A stretch of DNA of 64,000 bases from positions 5,774-69,773 of the forward strand of contig JAHITE010000080.1 in NCBI GenBank assembly GCA_018817585.1, given 5' to 3'. The stretch is from Candidatus Omnitrophota bacterium. GTDB lineage: Bacteria; Omnitrophota; Gorgyraeia; B26-G9. Positions 18,686 to 28,240 of the stretch are shown piece by piece; the first letter of the stretch is position 1, and every line of letters begins with the position of its first letter. The notes under the pieces are model-generated. The model had not been told where the DNA came from, did not search any database, and worked only from the letters and a program-made list of their open reading frames with translations. The position numbers were made by a program, and so were the translations under genes.

Positions 18686-18988
18686 ATGTCAAGAAAAGTA
18701 AAAAAATCTTTATTCTCGATGATGATGAATCAGTGCGCAGATCGCTGAGCATGCTTTTGGTTACGTATGGATTTGCAGTTAATGCTTTTTCCTGCGCAAA
18801 TGATTTTTTGTGCCTGACAGCGTTCCCGGGTGTTTGATCCTGGATATTCATATGCCGGGAATGGACGGCTGGGAGGTTTTAAGGCGGATAGTTAAATCAG
18901 GGGATAGACGGCCGGCCGGTGAAAACACGGAGTGGGTGTTAAAAACAGGAGCTGTAGTGGTTGAGCTTGATAAGGAAGGGAGAAAATG
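18686..18988 (+). pseudogene. FixJ-type receiver (REC) domain gene interrupted by two 1-nt frameshifts at homopolymers
   Basis: Restoring 1 nt in the A7 run (18700-18706) and in ccggg (18826-18830) gives MSRKVKKIFILDDDESVRRSLSMLLVTYGFAVNAFSCANDFL...PGCLILDIHMPGMDGWEVLRRI, a typical receiver. The stop overlaps the start of the next kinase gene (ATGA). Confidence 0.6.
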
Positions 18989-20041
18989 AAAATAAAGGCT
19001 GTTAAGAAAAGATTATCAGTACAGGCAGTACAAAAGAACGTATTAGAAGTTTCCGAGGACCGCTACCGCAGGCTTTTTGAAACAGCGCAAGACGGGATAT
19101 TAATCCTTGCCGCGAATACAGGAAAGATCAAAGATGTAAACCCGTTTTTGCTAAATATGCTGGGGTATGCTAAAAAAGATATTTTAGAAAAAAAATTATG
19201 GCAGATCGGCGCTTTTAAGGATGCCAAGGCATCAAAAAAAGCCTTTTTAGAGTTGCAAACCAAAGAATACGTCCGGTATGAGGACCTGCCTTTGGAAACA
19301 AAAGACGGACACAAAATCGCGGTTGAATTCGTCAGCAATGTTTACTTAGTTGACCAGAAAAGGGTGATCCAGTGTAATATCCGTGATATTACAGTCCGGA
19401 AGGAAGCTGAAGAGAGCATTCAGCGTTCTTTAAAAGAAAAAGAAGCTCTTTTGAAGGAGCTTCATCACCGGGTTAAAAATAACCTGCAAATTATTTCAGG
19501 CCTGCTGCAGTTAAAGCTTTTTAACTCTAAAAATAAAGAAGTTATTGATGTTTTTAAACAAGTACAGGAACGTATCAGAGTCATGGCTCTTGTTCATCAG
19601 AAGCTTTGTGAATCAAAAGATTTTATGAGTATTGATATCTCTGAATATATCAATGAATTAGTTAATGAATTAATTTTAGCTTACGGTATTGACCGGAAAA
19701 AAATTATGGTTAATGTTAATGTGGTCAAGGTGTTGTTAAAAATAGATATTGCGGTCCCTTGCGGGCTGATCATTAATGAACTGCTTACCAATTCTTTTAA
19801 ATATGCTTTTCCGGAAGACAGGAAAGGAGAAATCGCTATATCGCTGAGTTCAAACCGTAAAGGTATGTTAGAAATACTGGTCAGTGACAATGGTATTGGA
19901 TTTTCCAAAGGGTTTAATATTTATAAGGTTAAAACCATGGGGTTAAGAATTGTTATCGATACTATACAAACTCAACTGGGCGGGAAAATTAGCTTTAGCA
20001 GTGCTGGAGGAACATGGTTTAAGCTCACCTTTCAAAGTTAA
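18986..20041 (+). CDS. PAS sensor histidine kinase of the HWE/HisKA_2 type
   Basis: The PAS segment resembles that of the GGDEF protein. HisKA_2 signature (HHRVKNNLQII) and an HATPase C-terminus (DNGIGF). Confidence 0.85.
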   Translation: MKIKAVKKRLSVQAVQKNVLEVSEDRYRRLFETAQDGILILAANTGKIKDVNPFLLNMLGYAKKDILEKKLWQIGAFKDAKASKKAFLELQTKEYVRYEDLPLETKDGHKIAVEFVSNVYLVDQKRVIQCNIRDITVRKEAEESIQRSLKEKEALLKELHHRVKNNLQIISGLLQLKLFNSKNKEVIDVFKQVQERIRVMALVHQKLCESKDFMSIDISEYINELVNELILAYGIDRKKIMVNVNVVKVLLKIDIAVPCGLIINELLTNSFKYAFPEDRKGEIAISLSSNRKGMLEILVSDNGIGFSKGFNIYKVKTMGLRIVIDTIQTQLGGKISFSSAGGTWFKLTFQS

Positions 20042-20052
20042 CAGGAAAAAGC

Positions 20053-20457
20053 ATGAGGGTTGTTGTGGAAAAAAATATTTTAATTGTTGAAGATGAGGCA
20101 ATAATAGCATCCAGTTTAAAGCTGTGTTTAAACAATCTTGGCTACAATGTGTTTAAAGTCGTCTCTAATGGAGAAGATGCCATAGAGAGTTCGGAGAAAA
20201 ATAATCCGGATGTAATCCTTATGGATATTAGATTGCGCGGGCAAAAGAACGGATATGAAACTGTAATCGCGATCCGGAAAAGCTCCAATACTCCGGTGAT
20301 CTATTTGACAGGAGGAGACCCGGATCAAATAGACGAAAAAGCAAAAGATACTAAGCCGTATGATTATATTATCAAGCCGTTTGATATAGCTGTGTTAACG
20401 GAGAAAATAGAAAAAATTACCGATAAAAAAAATAAAAAACAAACGAAGAAAAAATAA
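20053..20457 (+). CDS. single-domain response regulator (CheY-like receiver) with a Lys-rich tail
   Basis: ILIVEDEAIIASS...DVILMDIRL...KP receiver motifs. Lies 12 bp after the kinase gene. Confidence 0.85.
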   Translation: MRVVVEKNILIVEDEAIIASSLKLCLNNLGYNVFKVVSNGEDAIESSEKNNPDVILMDIRLRGQKNGYETVIAIRKSSNTPVIYLTGGDPDQIDEKAKDTKPYDYIIKPFDIAVLTEKIEKITDKKNKKQTKKK

Positions 20458-20657
20458 AGGAAGTTAATTATAGAAAGGAGAAAACAAACAATGGGTGTAA
20501 TGCTATGAGATGTGGGTGAGGCTGCCTTTCATTAGCGTGGTGATCTTAGTCGGGTTGGGGTGCTTTGTAGAGAAGCGGAATGTTTAGGGAATAAAAGGTA
20601 AAAACGCGGGGAGAGAGTTTCTTCCATACAGATTTACAAAAAAGGAAGGTGTGTGTT

Positions 20658-21437
20658 ATGAGTAAAAATTATTTTAAAATGTTTTTTTCAATGACCGTTG
20701 CTGTTTTGTTGTTTTCGAGCGTATTGGCGTATGCCTCTGAAATGGATGCCCGGATTGAATCATCCGCGAAGCAGTCCTACGTGTTCAAAACGTATCTCAA
20801 AAACGACTCTATTAAAATCCAGTCTATGGATGGCGCTGTCACCTTGACAGGAACGGTTGCCGAGGAATCGCATATATTATTAGCTGGAGAGACTTTGGCG
20901 AGCCTGCCAGGGGTCAAAAAAGTGGATAATAATCTGGTATTCGATGGTAAGTCTCAGGAAAAAAATTCTGACGGTTGGATCAGCCTGCAGATCAAAAGTT
21001 CTCTGCTTTTTAACCGTAATGTAAGCGGGATCAATACTCAGGTTTTCGTAAAGGACGGAATCGTAACCTTAAAAGGCGAAGCCGCTAATCAGGCGCAAAA
21101 AGATCTGGCCGGCGCGTATTCCAGAGACGTTAGCGGGGTTAAAGATGTAAAAAATGAAATAACAATAGCTAAAATACCAGCCGAACCAAAACAGACAATG
21201 GGTGAGAAAATAGATGACGCGTCGATTACCGCGCAAGTCAAGGTAGCTTTCTTGTCGCATCATTCAACCAGTGCTTTCAAAACCGGAGTTCAGACAAATA
21301 ACGGAGTAGTAACTTTAACCGGCAATGCCGTCAACTCAGCGTCAAAAGACATGGCCGGCAAGGTAGCTAATGATGTAAATGGCGTTACACAGGTAATTAA
21401 TAATATGACTGTAGATCAAATAATATCAAAGAACTAA
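20658..21437 (+). CDS. periplasmic BON-domain protein (OsmY-like, three BON repeats)
   Basis: Signal peptide plus repeated ...DG.VTLTG.V......AG..A..V.GV..V.N.. BON units. Confidence 0.75.
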   Translation: MSKNYFKMFFSMTVAVLLFSSVLAYASEMDARIESSAKQSYVFKTYLKNDSIKIQSMDGAVTLTGTVAEESHILLAGETLASLPGVKKVDNNLVFDGKSQEKNSDGWISLQIKSSLLFNRNVSGINTQVFVKDGIVTLKGEAANQAQKDLAGAYSRDVSGVKDVKNEITIAKIPAEPKQTMGEKIDDASITAQVKVAFLSHHSTSAFKTGVQTNNGVVTLTGNAVNSASKDMAGKVANDVNGVTQVINNMTVDQIISKN

Positions 21438-21526
21438 ATGCGTGTGTGTTGCTTGCGGTGTTTGCTGTAGGATGCCGCCAGTAGCGGTTTTTAATATTTA
21501 TAATTAACGAAGAAAAGGAGATTATT

Positions 21527-21694
21527 ATGTTGAATTATTCAGTTACGTTTTTTGTTATTGCCATTATCGCGGCGTTGTTAGGTTTTACCGGGATCGCGGG
21601 GGCGGCTATGGATATTGCTAAGATTTTGTTTTTTGTATTCTTGATTTTAGCAATTGTTATGTTAGTTTTGGGAAGAAAAGGAACGTCTGTATGA
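21527..21694 (+). CDS. UPF0391/DUF1328 small membrane protein (not in the ORF track, 55 aa)
   Basis: [51 protein letters not shown] matches the YtjA/DUF1328 pattern. An RBS aaaaggag lies 6 nt upstream. Confidence 0.6.
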   Translation: MLNYSVTFFVIAIIAALLGFTGIAGAAMDIAKILFFVFLILAIVMLVLGRKGTSV

Positions 21695-21717
21695 ATGCGA
21701 AAAATGAGAGGTTGAAA

Positions 21718-22596
21718 ATGAAATACAATTATTTGATTATTTTAACAATCGCGGTGTTTGCTCTGGTTTTTTTCAGCCCCACCGCGGGGTTTGCTTTTTT
21801 TCTAGAATCAACGGATAGTTTTGCTGTTTTGGGGCATGAAACGGTGACCAACGGCCACAGCGACCCAAACCTGACAACTCAAATCTACGGGAATTTGGGA
21901 GTGGCGCCAGGAACTTCGGTCACGGGATTTTATCCTGACGGGGCCGTAAGCGGAGGAACGATACACATAAATGATGGTGTCGCGCAGCTTGCTTTGGCAG
22001 ACGCAGCGAACGTGTATAATACGCTGGCAGGTTTGCCATTTGTTTACGACTATACTGGTTTTGTCTTGGGTTCAGCGGGATACACTACTCTTACTCCAGG
22101 TGTCTATCATTTTGACACATCGGCTCAATTGACAGGAGCACTTACTCTTGATTTTCAAAATAACCCCGATGCGGACTTTATTTTCCAGATAGGGAGTTCG
22201 CTCACGACCGCAAGCAATTCTTCAATTAATGTAATCAATGGGAATTCCCTTAGCGGTGTGTATTGGCAGGTCGGAAGTTCCGCGACCCTAGGCACAGACA
22301 CGATTTTCGCCGGAAATATTCTTGCGCTTGCGAGTGTTAGCCTTGATCCTCGCGCAGAGATTCTTTGCGGGAGGGCTTTCGCGCTAACTGGGGCAGTGAC
22401 GTTGGTAGATAATTTTATTTCTAACAATAACACAGCCGAAGACTTCGGCAGCGGCCGCTCAGACTTTGGCAGTTACGGCTTTAGCGGCGGTAACGGTAGC
22501 AACGGCGGCAGTACAACACCGGTTCCGGAACCGGCAACAATGTTGTTGCTCGGGCCGGCATTAATCGGGTTGGTTGGAAAAAGGATGATAAATTAA
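21718..22596 (+). CDS. DUF3494 (ice-binding-like) secreted protein with a PEP-CTERM sorting signal
   Basis: Signal peptide, Thr/Gly/Ser-rich beta-solenoid-like body and a C-terminal VPEPATMLLLGPALIGLVGKR (PEP + TM + basic), the exosortase recognition motif. An RBS gagagg lies upstream of the ATG at 21718. Confidence 0.7.
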   Translation: MKYNYLIILTIAVFALVFFSPTAGFAFFLESTDSFAVLGHETVTNGHSDPNLTTQIYGNLGVAPGTSVTGFYPDGAVSGGTIHINDGVAQLALADAANVYNTLAGLPFVYDYTGFVLGSAGYTTLTPGVYHFDTSAQLTGALTLDFQNNPDADFIFQIGSSLTTASNSSINVINGNSLSGVYWQVGSSATLGTDTIFAGNILALASVSLDPRAEILCGRAFALTGAVTLVDNFISNNNTAEDFGSGRSDFGSYGFSGGNGSNGGSTTPVPEPATMLLLGPALIGLVGKRMIN

Positions 22597-22605
22597 GGAG
22601 GGATT

Positions 22606-23061
22606 ATGTTAAAAAAATTAGGAAAGGTTTTTTATGTTTTAACCTGTGCTGTTTTAATTCTTCAGCTAACTGGGTGCGGGACCATAATGTATCCTGACCG
22701 CAGAGGCCAAAAAGGCGGGAGGATTGATGTTGGGGTTGCTGTTTTAGATGGGGTTGGTTTATTTTTCTTTCTGATCCCCGGGATTATTGCTTATGCTGTT
22801 GACTTTTCTACAGGGGCGATTTACCTGCCAGGGGGACTAGCCCGGGGTCCTTTAGATATAAAACAGGTAAAATTTGATCCTAAAAATAGCAGTATGGCAG
22901 ACATTGAAGAAATTGTTAAAAAAGAAACAGGATGTGATGTAAGTTTGTACGGGAGCAAGATGCAGATTGTTAAAATGGAGTCTTCCGAGGAAATGATGAC
23001 GCGTTTTACCGAAGTTTCACCAGGGATAAACAATAATCGTGTTGTTTTAAGCATGAAATAA
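22606..23061 (+). CDS. lipoprotein, unknown function
   Basis: Lipobox-like LTGCGT after a signal helix, followed by an internal TM segment. Confidence 0.5.
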   Translation: MLKKLGKVFYVLTCAVLILQLTGCGTIMYPDRRGQKGGRIDVGVAVLDGVGLFFFLIPGIIAYAVDFSTGAIYLPGGLARGPLDIKQVKFDPKNSSMADIEEIVKKETGCDVSLYGSKMQIVKMESSEEMMTRFTEVSPGINNNRVVLSMK

Positions 23062-23091
23062 TCCTGTAATGTTAAAAGAAAGGAAGGCAAT

Positions 23092-23286
23092 ATGAATAAA
23101 AGTATGTCGGCTGCATTGCTGGTTGCAGGGGTTATTTTGTTGTTTTTTGGGTTTAGCGCCTACCACTCAGCGAGTTCCGATGTTTCGCGTTTTTTCACGG
23201 GCGCGCCGACGGACAAGGCACTCTGGCTTCTGATCGGCGGAGTGTTTGCGGGAATAGCCGGATTTTTAGGTTTAGTGCGAAAGTAA
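23092..23286 (+). CDS. small two-helix membrane protein (DUF3185-like)
   Basis: 64 aa with two hydrophobic helices. RBS ggaagg upstream. Confidence 0.45.
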   Translation: MNKSMSAALLVAGVILLFFGFSAYHSASSDVSRFFTGAPTDKALWLLIGGVFAGIAGFLGLVRK

Positions 23287-23548
23287 GAATGTTGCGGCAT
23301 CAGATAGCCAATAAATTGTACTAAAGCAAATCCTGGATAAGGGAGGAGGAAGACATGGCAGATAAGAATAATTTATCTCGGTCAATATCTGAATTCTTGA
23401 AGCCATTTATCATCGCGGTTATAATTGTTATTATCGCGTGGATACTTGGCAAAGGTGTTTTAACCCTTATTTCTTCTCTAAAACAAATGTAATGGTTTTT
23501 TGTCTTTAAGGATAAATCCAGTAAAGAGATAAAAGAGAGATTAAAATT

Positions 23549-24586
23549 ATGAATGATTACCTTTTTTCTGGTATTTTAATAGTTTCCGGTTTTGCTGCCG
23601 GGTGGATTCTTTATTTTCTTACCCTGTTTTTAATTAAACGGCGGGGGGCTGTTTCCTTAGGATTGCTAAAAGTCAACCTGGGGATTCTCAAAATTCCGTT
23701 ACGTTTTTTGATGCCCGCTTTATGTATCGCAGGGGTTATCCCTTTCTTGCGACTGACGGAAAAAGTGAGGGGCGGGGTTAGCCAGTTTATTCAAATTCTG
23801 CTTATCGCTTTGTTTGGCTGGGTTGCCGTAAAGGTTATTTACATCGTTCGCGACGCGCTTTTGAACAGTTATGATATTAGTGTTCAGGACAATGTACATG
23901 CCCGCAGTATGCAGACACAAATACGTATGGTCGCGAATATCATATGTGTGGTTATAGTTGTGTTAAGCGTTTCTTTTATTCTGATGAGTTTCTCGCAAGT
24001 CAGGCATATCGGGGTAAGTATACTTGCTTCTGCGGGAATTGTCGGCATAGTTATAGGCTTTGCCGCGCAAAAAACATTAGGGAATCTTATTGCCGGTATT
24101 CAAATAGCTATTGCTCAGCCAATTCGTCTGGATGATGTGGTGATTGTTGAAGATGAATGGGGCTGGATTGAGGAAATTACGCTCACTTTTGTGGTAGTGC
24201 GTATCTGGGATCTAAGGCGTTTGGTGGTTCCCATATCATATTTTCTCGAAAAACCGTTTCAGAATTGGACACGAACCTCGGCGGATTTGCTGGGAACTGT
24301 TTTTATATATACAGATTACACTGTACCCGTAGAAGAAGTACGGAATGAATTAACAAGTATTCTGGAAAATAATTCCAAGTGGGACAAAAAGGTCAATGTG
24401 CTGCAGGTAACCAATGCTACTGAAAAAACAGTTGAACTGCGGGCGCTGATGAGCGCGACGGATTCTCCTACGGCCTGGGATTTACGCTGTGAAGTCAGGG
24501 AAAAGCTTCTGGAGTTTTTGCAGCAGCGTTTTCCGGAATGTTTGCCGCGGATACGCGTTGAAATGAATAAGAGGGAATCAGCCTGA
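23549..24586 (+). CDS. mechanosensitive ion channel, MscS family
   Basis: Pore-helix region ...SAGIVGIVIGFAAQKTLGNLIAGIQIAIAQPIRLDDVV... followed by an MscS beta domain. Confidence 0.8.
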   Translation: MNDYLFSGILIVSGFAAGWILYFLTLFLIKRRGAVSLGLLKVNLGILKIPLRFLMPALCIAGVIPFLRLTEKVRGGVSQFIQILLIALFGWVAVKVIYIVRDALLNSYDISVQDNVHARSMQTQIRMVANIICVVIVVLSVSFILMSFSQVRHIGVSILASAGIVGIVIGFAAQKTLGNLIAGIQIAIAQPIRLDDVVIVEDEWGWIEEITLTFVVVRIWDLRRLVVPISYFLEKPFQNWTRTSADLLGTVFIYTDYTVPVEEVRNELTSILENNSKWDKKVNVLQVTNATEKTVELRALMSATDSPTAWDLRCEVREKLLEFLQQRFPECLPRIRVEMNKRESA

Positions 24587-24625
24587 TATGAGCGGTGTTT
24601 TAATGAGGCAAATACAGAAATTCCG

Positions 24626-25897
24626 ATGAATTTATCAAGGAATAACTTCTTTCTGGATAAAAAAATTAAGGCCTGGAGGAAGAAATATATGTTACCCGTG
24701 ACTGCATTTAATATCACGAGTATCTTATCAATAATCGCAGCGCGGAGGATATTAAGCGCTGCGGTTATTTTTTTTGTGCTGTTCGGCAATGTGGGCAAAG
24801 GCAGTCGTATTTTCGCGAAAACCGCAGAACAAGACCCAGTTATAGTTCAAGAAGTGAACAATGATTATTCGCAGGCCAAAAATAATGGCTTTGCTGCAGC
24901 AGAAGCCTCTGCCCCGAATTCGCCAGAATTAATATCCCGCACAGTTGAACCTGTTGCTGAATCATGGAAAAATTCCGAAGGTTTTAGCGGAAAAATCGAT
25001 TGGATTCACGCGAATTTTTTTAAAGCATTTCAAAATCAAGTACAGAAATTTGATTACTGGTTTAAGCCTCCGAAAGGGGAAGAACGGATTATTGAGTTAT
25101 CGCGCTTTAGGGTTGGCGTATTCGGAGAAGGTAAAATTAAAAAAGATAATCGTCTAAAAGTAAATTCACTGGTAGATTTTGACGCGAATATTGAATTGCC
25201 GAACATGCAGCGGCGGATGAAGCTCAGGATTACTACTCGGGACCCGACCACGCTGCCAGGAAGAGATATTCTGGAACAACAGGACACTGCGGTACGAGCT
25301 GCTGTTTCTCGGCAATGGTGGCAAAACATATCTACAGATATTGGTGTTCGGACGCGCTGGCAGCCGGAGTTATTTGCCAATACAGTCTGGACTTCGGAGT
25401 GGAAAAAAGAAATATGCACGCTGTATTCGGAGCAAAGATTTTATTGGGAAGAAGAGGAAGGTTTTGGTGAGATATCGACATTGGCATTTGATTATTGGAA
25501 AGATCGCTGGAATACACGATTTTCTACATCAATTAAGTGGAGCGAACAGGATAGAGATGATGACCGCCAAAACGAACTAAGAGATGAAGGGTTTCGCTGG
25601 TCTGAAGTGTTTATTTTTGGCTATGTTTCTGAATTGCTGGATGAGACACGGCTTAACCGAGTGATTTCCGGTGAAGATGTAGCTCACGGATGGGGGCTTC
25701 GGCTGGCTGGATTTGGCAAGTTTCATCTTGTAGACGAATATAGAGCGGGAGCATTTTATAGGTTTCCTGTGCGCAAGAAATGGATGTATTTTATGATTGG
25801 ACCGGATATTAATTGGGCGAACACAAATGACTGGGACCGCGAGTGGACGATTAAATGCGGTGTGGAGATGTTGTTCTGGGGAGGTAAAGAACGTTAG
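24626..25897 (+). CDS. hypothetical secreted protein, possibly outer-membrane associated
   Basis: Signal-like N-terminus (probable start at the Met of MLPVTAF). Trp/Arg-rich beta-rich composition. No named domain. Confidence 0.5.
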   Translation: MNLSRNNFFLDKKIKAWRKKYMLPVTAFNITSILSIIAARRILSAAVIFFVLFGNVGKGSRIFAKTAEQDPVIVQEVNNDYSQAKNNGFAAAEASAPNSPELISRTVEPVAESWKNSEGFSGKIDWIHANFFKAFQNQVQKFDYWFKPPKGEERIIELSRFRVGVFGEGKIKKDNRLKVNSLVDFDANIELPNMQRRMKLRITTRDPTTLPGRDILEQQDTAVRAAVSRQWWQNISTDIGVRTRWQPELFANTVWTSEWKKEICTLYSEQRFYWEEEEGFGEISTLAFDYWKDRWNTRFSTSIKWSEQDRDDDRQNELRDEGFRWSEVFIFGYVSELLDETRLNRVISGEDVAHGWGLRLAGFGKFHLVDEYRAGAFYRFPVRKKWMYFMIGPDINWANTNDWDREWTIKCGVEMLFWGGKER

Positions 25898-25934
25898 GAA
25901 TAAAGTGGACTTTTTCTAAATACTGTTTTGTGTA

Positions 25935-25957
25935 GGGGCCGGTCCCTGTGCCGGCCC
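25935..25957. repeat. GC-rich REP-like hairpin (ggggccgg-N8-ccggccc) between convergent genes
   Basis: 7-bp GC stem. Same family as 36534-36556 (both preceded by tgtagg). Confidence 0.5.
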
Positions 25958-25971
25958 GTTATCGGATCTAT

Positions 25972-28227
25972 CTATATACCCAACACTGTGTACATTTTGA
26001 TCAATGAGATTATCCAAGCCAATGAGGATTCCGCGCCTTGATTCGCGCTGACTCCATAACTTTCGATCCCATCACCGCAACCGCCGGTTTTATAATCATA
26101 TACCGGAGTTTGCAGGTCATTTTGCCCCATGAACCAGGATAGGCATCTTTCACTTTCCTGCAGCCAGGGTTTTTCTTGTGTGCTGATATAAACATCTAAA
26201 CAGGCATTTATTAAACTCATGACTTCGATTGGCTGTTGACCAAATTTAGAATGATTACCTTGTTTGTCGAGCCAGCCAGCATTGCCGATCAATGACAAAT
26301 GTCCATCTGAGGCTGTTTGAACTTTAAGCAGCCATTTTAGTGATTTTATTCCCATTTCATACATGTCTGGATTCGGCATAGCTTGCCCTGCGATAATTAA
26401 CGCGTGTGGTAAAAGAGCATTGGCATATGTTGCTTTTTCTTCACACCACGGCCACTGATCAGTAGCATTGTTTTTAAACAGCTGATATATTTTATCAGCC
26501 AAAAGATTCCGCATATTACAGGCATCGGTATCTCCTCCGTAAACAGTCAGATATGCTTGCAGTCCGAGGATCGAAAAGGCCCAGGCTCTTGGCGAAGTAA
26601 ATGGTTCGATTGCCGGCAGAGCTTCTTTAAATAAAAGCATGCTAATGTTGCGAATTGAATCATCTGGAGCTTCTTTAACCATCACACCTAAACCCCAAAG
26701 AGCGCGGCCATGAGAATCCTCACTACCGGGTTGTTCAAGCCAACGACGATCATAAGTCATAAAATTACGGAACCGGCCGGTAATTTCATTAAAGGCATAA
26801 TATAAAAATGCCAAATATGTCTGCAGCAAAGGTAATACAGTTTTATCTTTACGCAATGAATAATACATTGCAGTCGCGATTAATGCGCGGGCATTATCAT
26901 CAACACAATAACCGTGATGAAGATTCGGGGTTGTGTATTTTGCATGTTGAAGTATGCCTGTGCTATCAGATAAAGTTCTTAAATGAGATAAATTGATTTC
27001 AGGGAGCTCATTAAATATTTTATGATATTCCCAAACAACATCTTCTAAGTTATCTAAAGATTTCCGTTTATTTATATCGGAAATTATATCAAAATGCTGT
27101 CTGGCGACCTCTTTCCAGATCATATTCCGTCCATAATTATATGCCTTAAGCCGCATGGTCTCACGTTTTTTATTATTATCTAATAACTCATTGATTGTAT
27201 TTGACATGGCAGCTGAATCATTAAACGGCACAAGACATCCCCGACCATCAGCCAATAGTTCTTCGGCATACCAGAACGGAGTTGAAACAATTGCCGCGCC
27301 TACTCCTAAGGCATAGGCAAGTGTTCCTGATGTTATCTGTTCTTTTTTTAAATAAGGAATTGAGTATATTTTTGAAGTTTGAAGATACTGCACAAGGGTA
27401 TCAAGTTCCACAAAATGATTATGAAAAACTACATGCTTATCCATTTTTAATTTCTTGATCAACTGCTGTAAACCATGACGGTAAGAATCACCTGCTTTAT
27501 CTAATATATGAGGATGCGTTTTTCCTAAAATTAAATAAGTCGCGTTGGGATGTTTTTTTACAATTGCCGGAAGGGCTTCAATCATATTTTCAATGCCTTT
27601 ATTCGGGCCGAGAAGACCAAAAGTAAGGATGACATCTCTATTTTCCAAGGCAAACAGTTTATTGTGTAATCCCTGCTTGGCATAAGAAACATCCGGTATC
27701 CCGTGCGGAACAAAACAGACCATTTCACGGTCAATACCATAAACTCGGGTTAAAAGATCAAAGGCTTTTTTACTCATAACAAGCAGGCGGTCAGAATACT
27801 TTGCCAGGCCATCCATTACTTTTCGCTGTCCGTATGTAGGATTTTCAAGTACTGTATGCAGATTCGTAAGCACAGGCATCTTTAAGGATTTTAACATGTG
27901 AAGAATATAGGACCCGTCTTCACCGCCAAAGATCCCATACTCGTGCTGAAGAATCGCGGTTTCATATTGATTAACATTAATATAATCCGCTGCCCAATAA
28001 TAATCAGATTGAATGTTTTGCTGAACTCTGAATTTTACAGGCGATGGATAATCATAACCTTCCGGGATATCATCCATCGCGATATTTATTAGATCCTGTT
28101 CAACTTTAAGTTCTTTAGCTAAAGCGATACTTAAATCGGTTGTAAAGGTAGCAATCCCGCAATTACGCGGAAGATAATTACCAATAACAGCAATCTTCCC
28201 CAGATTTTTTATTTTCTGTTTATCCAC
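25972..28227 (-). CDS. fusion protein: GT4 glycosyltransferase (N-terminal) + (alpha/alpha)6-barrel-like glycoside hydrolase-like domain (C-terminal)
   Basis: N-terminus KIAVIGNYLPRNCGIATFTTDL ... EQITSGTLAYALGVGAAIVSTP (GT-B, GT4-like). C-terminal ~350 aa with HGYCVDDNARALIA...HGRALWGLG typical of six-hairpin glycosidases. Confidence 0.7.
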   Translation of the reverse strand: MDKQKIKNLGKIAVIGNYLPRNCGIATFTTDLSIALAKELKVEQDLINIAMDDIPEGYDYPSPVKFRVQQNIQSDYYWAADYINVNQYETAILQHEYGIFGGEDGSYILHMLKSLKMPVLTNLHTVLENPTYGQRKVMDGLAKYSDRLLVMSKKAFDLLTRVYGIDREMVCFVPHGIPDVSYAKQGLHNKLFALENRDVILTFGLLGPNKGIENMIEALPAIVKKHPNATYLILGKTHPHILDKAGDSYRHGLQQLIKKLKMDKHVVFHNHFVELDTLVQYLQTSKIYSIPYLKKEQITSGTLAYALGVGAAIVSTPFWYAEELLADGRGCLVPFNDSAAMSNTINELLDNNKKRETMRLKAYNYGRNMIWKEVARQHFDIISDINKRKSLDNLEDVVWEYHKIFNELPEINLSHLRTLSDSTGILQHAKYTTPNLHHGYCVDDNARALIATAMYYSLRKDKTVLPLLQTYLAFLYYAFNEITGRFRNFMTYDRRWLEQPGSEDSHGRALWGLGVMVKEAPDDSIRNISMLLFKEALPAIEPFTSPRAWAFSILGLQAYLTVYGGDTDACNMRNLLADKIYQLFKNNATDQWPWCEEKATYANALLPHALIIAGQAMPNPDMYEMGIKSLKWLLKVQTASDGHLSLIGNAGWLDKQGNHSKFGQQPIEVMSLINACLDVYISTQEKPWLQESERCLSWFMGQNDLQTPVYDYKTGGCGDGIESYGVSANQGAESSLAWIISLIKMYTVLGI

Positions 28228-28240
28228 TTTATTGTTCCTC

